A stretch of 49,037 nt of DNA, from contig JALUEF010000073.1 in the NCBI GenBank assembly GCA_027053005.1, positions 1 to 49,037 of the forward strand. The letters run 5' to 3'. The stretch's first letter is position 1. Each line of letters begins with the position of its first letter. The notes beneath the pieces were generated by a model. It had not been told where the DNA came from. It saw only the letters and a list, made by a program, of their open reading frames with translations, and did not search any database. The DNA comes from Anaerolineales bacterium (GTDB taxonomy: Bacteria; Chloroflexota; Anaerolineae; Anaerolineales; Villigracilaceae). Shown here piece by piece: positions 44,117 to 49,037 of this stretch. Both the position numbers and the translations under genes were made by a program.

Positions 44117-44935
44117 TCAATCCTCTCCTGCGGTCAACATGCGGTTCACGCCGGGCAGCAAGAGCACCACCAGCAAAATCGTGCTTAGAATAGGCGCCGG
44201 CAAGAACATGGAGAAGCGCTGCACCTCGGCCACATTGTGGATACCCATCGGATAACCGCCGAGCATCGACATGACCGCGGCAAAAATGCCCACGGGCAAA
44301 GCCCAGCGACGGCGTTTGATGGCCCCAAAGATAAACATGGCCCAGGCCGCCGCCCCCCACCAGTTGATCTGCTGCGAGATGATGTACATCCCGTTCCAAA
44401 AAGCGCGATCGCCGGCGACGAACTGCGTCGGCCGCTGGAAGGTCGTCTGGAATTTGGAAATCGGCGCCACACCATTGATGAAGGTCAGCACATAGGCCAT
44501 GCCGGCGACAAAGGTCAGCGAAACGATGCCCTTTTCCACGTTGCCGATCCACAACATGCCAAACCAGACCACCGCCGCCAGGAGGAAGACCCACAAAGTC
44601 GGCGTCGGCAGTCCGCTATCCGCCGCCGGAATCATAGGGAAGAAACCAGCCAGCAGCAGAATCGTCCCGGCCACGGCCCCCCAAAACCAGGCCCAATCTT
44701 GTTTTTTCCAAAACCCCCAAAACACAGCCGCCGACAGCGCGCCCGCTGCTGTGCCCAACCAACCCAACACGGCATACACCAGGCGGACGGTGTTGCTTTC
44801 CTCCCATTCGCCCGCGTTGAAGTGCGTGTGAATGACCGTGTTGTAGGTATCGGCCAAGAAATAGAACGTCAGCAGCCCGGCTACCAGGCCGACAAAGGCC
44901 AGAAACATCCCGATCGTGTACTTCTTATTATCCAT
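44117..44935 (-). CDS. hypothetical 272-aa polytopic membrane protein
   Basis: ATG 44935 lies 8 nt after AAGGAG. About 7-8 hydrophobic helices, Trp-rich ('FWGFWKKQDWAWFWG'). No family recognised. Confidence 0.65.
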   Translation of the reverse strand: MDNKKYTIGMFLAFVGLVAGLLTFYFLADTYNTVIHTHFNAGEWEESNTVRLVYAVLGWLGTAAGALSAAVFWGFWKKQDWAWFWGAVAGTILLLAGFFPMIPAADSGLPTPTLWVFLLAAVVWFGMLWIGNVEKGIVSLTFVAGMAYVLTFINGVAPISKFQTTFQRPTQFVAGDRAFWNGMYIISQQINWWGAAAWAMFIFGAIKRRRWALPVGIFAAVMSMLGGYPMGIHNVAEVQRFSMFLPAPILSTILLVVLLLPGVNRMLTAGED

Positions 44936-44991
44936 GGTGTGCACTCCTTACTAAAGGGATTCAGGGATATTGCGGAAACTTGCCCTCCCCT

Positions 44992-45522
44992 TTACGGGAC
45001 GGGCGTTCCCAAAGCGGTCAGCAGACCGCTCAAAAACAAAACCAGCACCACCAACCAGGCGTTGATTTGCAACAATCGCTCACTCAGACGCTGGCGGGCA
45101 GCCCGCATCTGGGCCATTTTTTGCGGGTTGGCGCCCGCTGGCCCTTGTTTCCCGGCCGGGGGTTTGCCCAGAACCAGGCTGCGGTACAACGACATCCCAA
45201 TCATGACGATCACAACCAGGTGTTTCAACGTCAACACTGTCGAATAAGGTGTGCCAAAAGAAAACAGGCGGACGAAATTCGGGTTTCGCTGCGCCATCAA
45301 CATACCGGTAATCACCAGACCGGCCATGCTGTAATAAACGATCCGGCCGTGTCGTTGTTGGAACGCGCGCATCAGCCGCTGGAATTCTTCTCCGCGGCCC
45401 AAAACCTCGTTTGCCACCGGTCGCAAAGAGAACCAGACCACAAGCATCCCGCCCATCCACAAGGCGGTAAACAAAGTGTGCAAAAAACGAATTGAAGCAA
45501 AGCCAAAAGTCTGTCCAGACAT
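44992..45522 (-). CDS. CopD/HemJ-superfamily-like small membrane protein
   Basis: ATG 45522 follows GAAGGAG. TM1 'IRFLHTLFTALWMGGMLVV' has the H-x6-W-x-GG pattern of CopD/HemJ/DUF4149-type proteins. Four TM. Confidence 0.55.
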   Translation of the reverse strand: MSGQTFGFASIRFLHTLFTALWMGGMLVVWFSLRPVANEVLGRGEEFQRLMRAFQQRHGRIVYYSMAGLVITGMLMAQRNPNFVRLFSFGTPYSTVLTLKHLVVIVMIGMSLYRSLVLGKPPAGKQGPAGANPQKMAQMRAARQRLSERLLQINAWLVVLVLFLSGLLTALGTPVP

Positions 45523-45553
45523 AGATACTCCTTCCAGATGCATCCAGTAATTC

Positions 45554-45594
45554 AAAAGGCAGCCGGGCTGTCTTCAGTATGCAGCCCGACTGCC
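45554..45594 (-). terminator. intrinsic terminator after the Crp-family gene
   Basis: 13-bp stem (45558-70 / 45582-94) with one G-U pair, 10-11-nt loop, U-tract on the minus strand (plus-strand aaaa 45554-57). Confidence 0.65.
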
Positions 45595-45621
45595 TTTTTG
45601 TCCACGACTTTTGTCGCACAT

Positions 45622-45637
45622 TGTGATTTTTTACACT
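45622..45637. promoter_or_regulatory. weaker CRP-format site TGTGA-N6-ACACT
   Basis: 'TGTGAttttttACACt' keeps the GTG-N8-CAC core. It overlaps the crp stop codon, about 100 nt upstream of ATG 45522. Confidence 0.3.
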
Positions 45638-46329
45638 TCCCCTCTGCGTGCCAAAGCCTCCCGATCCAGGATGAAGATGCCGCTCCGTTCAACTTTGAGC
45701 AGCCCTTCGTTTTCCAGTGTGCGCAAGGCACGGCTGAGCACATCGCGCACTGTGCCCAGGCGCACCGCCATCTCGTCGAAGGTGGTCCAGGGTTGCCGTG
45801 GAATCAACCATCTGCCATTCTGTTCTTCGGCATAACGCAACAAGGTGCGGGCAACGCGGGCTTCTACCTTGCAGAGGCTCAGGTCTTCGATCAAATCCAC
45901 ATAATACAACACCCGCTCTGCCATATGCCGGGCGATGACCATCGTCAACGCCGCCGAATCTTGCGACAGGCGCAAAATCGTCTCTGCCGGCAGCGCCCAG
46001 GCAGCCACCAATTCCAGCGCGGTGACGGTTGCCGGATACGGGACGCCGGAGAAGACGGCCACATCGCCGAACAATTCGCCGGCGTGAAGGAAGCGCAACG
46101 CCTGTTCCCGCCCCCGGCAAGAAACGCGCGTGGCTTTCACCCATCCTTGCGCCAGCAAAAAGACCGCTTCCGCCGGTTCTCCCTCCAAATACACCACCTG
46201 ACCAGCCCGAAAACGCCGCAAATGTGCCGCCCGAATCAGCGCTTCTTGCACATCACCGGGCAAATCGCTAAAGTGAGGCACCTGGGCCAGCAAGCGGCGC
46301 AAACCTGTTTCTGTATCATAAGCGTCCAT
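45631..46329 (-). CDS. Crp/Fnr-family transcriptional regulator (no N-terminal Cys cluster)
   Basis: A cNMP-binding-like beta-roll ('FRAGQVVYLEGEPAEAVFLLAQGWVK...GELFG') plus a C-terminal HTH 'FDEMAVRLGTVRDVLSRALRTLENEGLL'. The ATG overlaps the radA stop (TAATG). Confidence 0.85.
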   Translation of the reverse strand: MDAYDTETGLRRLLAQVPHFSDLPGDVQEALIRAAHLRRFRAGQVVYLEGEPAEAVFLLAQGWVKATRVSCRGREQALRFLHAGELFGDVAVFSGVPYPATVTALELVAAWALPAETILRLSQDSAALTMVIARHMAERVLYYVDLIEDLSLCKVEARVARTLLRYAEEQNGRWLIPRQPWTTFDEMAVRLGTVRDVLSRALRTLENEGLLKVERSGIFILDREALARRGEV

Positions 46330-47738
46330 TACGCCACCTTTTTGGCCTTGCGTCCAGGCGATACCAAAGCCGCGTCCACCGCCTGTTTCAGCGAACGCGC
46401 CTCCACAATTTCCAGGCCCGCCGGCCAACGTTCGCCGCGGCGCAACCGCCGGGGGACGATAGCCGTCCGGAAACCCAGTTTTTGCGCCTCGCGCAAGCGG
46501 GCTGCCATCTGCCCCGGCAGGCGCAGTTCGCCAGCCAGCCCAATCTCTCCAATCAGCACGGTATCGGCGCGCACGGGCACGTCCTGCAACGAGGAAACAA
46601 TGGCCGCCGCCACGGCCAGGTCTGCTGCCGGTTCGTCCACCCGCAGGCCGCCCACCACGTTGACGAAGATATCCTGCTCACCCAGTTTCAGATACAACCG
46701 GCGAGTGAGCACTGCGGTAATCATCAGCAAACGGTTGTAATCCACGCCGTTGGGCGTGCGGCGGGCGTTGCCGTAAGAAGCCGGACTGGTCAAACCCTGC
46801 ACTTCCACCAGCAGCGGACGGGTGCCCTCCATTGTCACAGCGATAGCAGACCCGGGCGCATTGACCATCCGCTCGGCCAAAAAAGCCTCCGATGGATTTT
46901 TCACCTCGCGCAGCCCGCGCTCGTGCATTTCAAAAACCCCCACTTCCGAGGTGGCGCCAAAGCGGTTTTTGACCGAACGCAGCAAACGGTAAGACTGAAA
47001 ACGGTCGCCCTCCAGGTAAAGCACCGTATCTACAATGTGCTCCAGCACGCGCGGCCCAGCGATGTTGCCTTCCTTGGTCACATGACCGATGATGAAAACC
47101 GGCACACCGTGCGATTTCGCCAATTCGCGCAGCTGGGCGGCGCATTCCCGCACCTGAGAAATGGACCCCGCGGAAGATTCCATCTCCGGCAAATACACCG
47201 TCTGGATAGAATCGACAATCAACAAAGCGGGCGCCAGTTCGCGCACATGGTTGAAGATAACCGCCAGGTTGGTTTCCGTCGCCAACAAGAGATCGGCTGG
47301 CAGGGGGGCATCGGCTTGCAAACGTTCCGCCCGCATTTTGATCTGCCGTTCCGACTCCTCACCGGAGACGTACAACACCCGCCGCTGCGCGGCCACCTCC
47401 AGCGCAACCTGCAAAAGCAGGGTTGATTTGCCAATGCCCGGGTCGCCACCGATCAACACCACCGACCCGGGCACAATGCCACCCCCCAGCACCCGCGCCA
47501 GTTCCCCCATCGCCAACGGCAGACGATCCTGGCTGGCGCTATCGATGCGCCCGATCGGCTGCGGCGGGTTAGAAGCCGCCAGGCCGCGCACAGCAGAACG
47601 CGACTTCGCCGGCTTTTCTTCTGCCACCACCTCCTTGCGGTAAGAATCGTATTGGCCGCATTGCGGGCAGCGCCCCAGAAAACTGGCGGCCACGCGGCCA
47701 CAGTTCTGACAAACGTAACGGGTTCGGGTCTTAGCCAT
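46329..47738 (-). CDS. radA: DNA repair protein RadA/Sms
   Basis: Zinc finger 'CQNCG...CPQCG', Walker A 'GGDPGIGKSTLLLQ', 'KNRFGAT', and a Lon-like C-terminal domain. Confidence 0.95.
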   Translation of the reverse strand: MAKTRTRYVCQNCGRVAASFLGRCPQCGQYDSYRKEVVAEEKPAKSRSAVRGLAASNPPQPIGRIDSASQDRLPLAMGELARVLGGGIVPGSVVLIGGDPGIGKSTLLLQVALEVAAQRRVLYVSGEESERQIKMRAERLQADAPLPADLLLATETNLAVIFNHVRELAPALLIVDSIQTVYLPEMESSAGSISQVRECAAQLRELAKSHGVPVFIIGHVTKEGNIAGPRVLEHIVDTVLYLEGDRFQSYRLLRSVKNRFGATSEVGVFEMHERGLREVKNPSEAFLAERMVNAPGSAIAVTMEGTRPLLVEVQGLTSPASYGNARRTPNGVDYNRLLMITAVLTRRLYLKLGEQDIFVNVVGGLRVDEPAADLAVAAAIVSSLQDVPVRADTVLIGEIGLAGELRLPGQMAARLREAQKLGFRTAIVPRRLRRGERWPAGLEIVEARSLKQAVDAALVSPGRKAKKVA

Positions 47739-48831
47739 GCGCCTCCTCGAAAGCGCGCCGCGCCGCCTGGTACCCCTGGCGGATCAGCTGCGCCGAAACT
47801 TCACCATCGTAATCGATAATGCGCGCCGCCGGCAAGAAATCTTCCGGTGCGGCAATGCGCACCTGCACATCACGGTAACGATACGGCGGTTCTCCCCTTT
47901 CGCGCTCTTGCCGGGCAAAACGGTTGTAGGCCTCAATCAGCCGCAGGCGCTCGCGGAAAGAGGCCAGCAGCGCCCAGTCCAACGTCCAGGAAACGGCCTC
48001 GCCAAACGAACGGGGCATATCGCGCCCCTGGTCGCCGGAACGCCAGGGAGTCATCAACACAACGACGACCTCCGCCGGCACCTCCTGCGGCGTCTCCTGC
48101 ATGGCATCCAGCGCGGCGCCCAACGGTGTGTTGGCCACCACTGCGCCATCCCAATACCAGGCATCTGTCCCGGGATCATACGTCCACGGATAGACGAGCG
48201 GGATAGAACAGCTCGCCAGGATGCGCTCCAGCGTAATGCCCACCGCCACATCCGCGCGCGGCGCGCCGCTGTGGCGGCTGACGATCGGCCGATTGCTGAA
48301 GAGCTGCCGGGCGCCCGTCTGGACGTTGGTCGCCGCAATCAACAACGTGCGCGGACTGCTGGCGATCGCCTGCGGATCGAACCCGAAGTGGGTTTGCAAG
48401 GTTTGCTTCAGCGGGCCGGTATCCAGCAGATTGATCCATTTGCCCACCAGGGCGTTGGCTAACGGCGCCGGCAAGAGCGGCAGCGGCGGCCAAAAGCGAG
48501 CAGGCTGCGGCGAAGTCGACTCTTGCGGCGCAACCTGCGGCAGGCGCGCGTCCATAATCTCGTTGAAGACCTTGCGCACCAGCCAGCGGGCTGGACCACG
48601 CATCCCAGGCGGCAAGCCCTGGATGTCCCGCTCCTCCAGAGACAACCAGATATCGCACAACGCCTGCGCCGAAACGCCCTGAACGATGGCCGCGCCATTG
48701 ACCGCGCCGATGGACGTGCCCACCACCACATCCGGCTGCCAGCCTTGCTCGCTTAGATATTGGTACACCCCGGCATGAAACGCCCCTCGCCCTCCACCCC
48801 CAGAAAGCACCAGCGCGCGCAACGGTTTCAT
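47731..48831 (-). CDS. patatin-like phospholipase
   Basis: RBS AAGGAG. Oxyanion 'LSGGGGRGAFHAGV', nucleophile 'GTSIGA', and a later 'DGAV' (Asp of the dyad). The stop overlaps the radA start by 8 nt. Confidence 0.85.
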   Translation of the reverse strand: MKPLRALVLSGGGGRGAFHAGVYQYLSEQGWQPDVVVGTSIGAVNGAAIVQGVSAQALCDIWLSLEERDIQGLPPGMRGPARWLVRKVFNEIMDARLPQVAPQESTSPQPARFWPPLPLLPAPLANALVGKWINLLDTGPLKQTLQTHFGFDPQAIASSPRTLLIAATNVQTGARQLFSNRPIVSRHSGAPRADVAVGITLERILASCSIPLVYPWTYDPGTDAWYWDGAVVANTPLGAALDAMQETPQEVPAEVVVVLMTPWRSGDQGRDMPRSFGEAVSWTLDWALLASFRERLRLIEAYNRFARQERERGEPPYRYRDVQVRIAAPEDFLPAARIIDYDGEVSAQLIRQGYQAARRAFEEAHG

Positions 48832-48868
48832 TTTTCGCTCCTTCTCTTCAACGGAGGGTTTCTCTTAA

Positions 48869-49017
48869 CCTGAATTGCGGATAAGGAGGATGGGTGTCAT
48901 GGCGAGGGCGCATCGCGCCCGAAGCCATCTTCCACATCCTCATACAGGGGATTGCTTCGCTCCTTGCGGTCGCTCGCAACGACAAAACGGATCCCTGTTG
49001 CCAATCCGCAACTCGGG
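48869..49017 (-). repeat. MITE-like nested palindromic repeat, family A, copy 3 (inverted)
   Basis: The reverse complement aligns end-to-end with 31601-31749, with about 9 in 10 positions identical by eye, including both TIRs. Confidence 0.85.
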
Positions 49018-49037
49018 TTTTCCTTAGAGTGTAGCAC

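Noticed and set aside
45554-45637. The site at 45622-45637 as a firm promoter operator for the first cluster gene
   Set aside because: I found no convincing -10/-35 downstream of it, and a transcript starting there would begin inside the terminator hairpin. It is kept only as a weak site.

Overview
This is a 49-kb, gene-dense, high-GC bacterial chromosomal segment, roughly 60-65% GC by eye. PT-rich linkers, LTD/SHOCT/F420-LLM type proteins and 'gtcattgcgag' palindromic repeats suggest a Chloroflexota-like organism, but that is only a guess. I can support about 48 protein genes, two divergent tRNAs (Ser-UGA, Lys-UUU), several intrinsic terminators and two families of short palindromic repeats. 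I see no rRNA, no CRISPR array and no intact transposase or integrase. Recognisable housekeeping genes are dnaE, radA, thrC, hutU, panB, ctaB, a crotonase, arsC and an nth-like gene. Five observations stand out. (1) A minus-strand cluster at 39.8-46.3 kb encodes a Crp-family regulator, four uncharacterised integral membrane proteins, an FGE/SUMF1-family lipoprotein and heme O synthase. One of the membrane proteins has about 12 TM segments and a His pattern like heme-copper oxidase or NnrS proteins. CRP-format palindromes sit in the cluster's only AT-rich gaps. I read it as a candidate uncharacterised heme/copper membrane system, possibly NO- or O2-related. (2) The CcdA/DsbD-family protein at 3062-3805 is circularly permuted. 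(3) panB and an unrecognised 423-aa protein form a translationally coupled two-gene operon bracketed by two clean terminators. (4) An M42 peptidase gene inside a compact operon is interrupted by one in-frame TAG. (5) A low-GC, repeat-rich, gene-poor stretch lies next to the tRNA pair, and a ~149-bp MITE-like element occurs in three copies. All family assignments come from motif recognition by eye; no searches were run.
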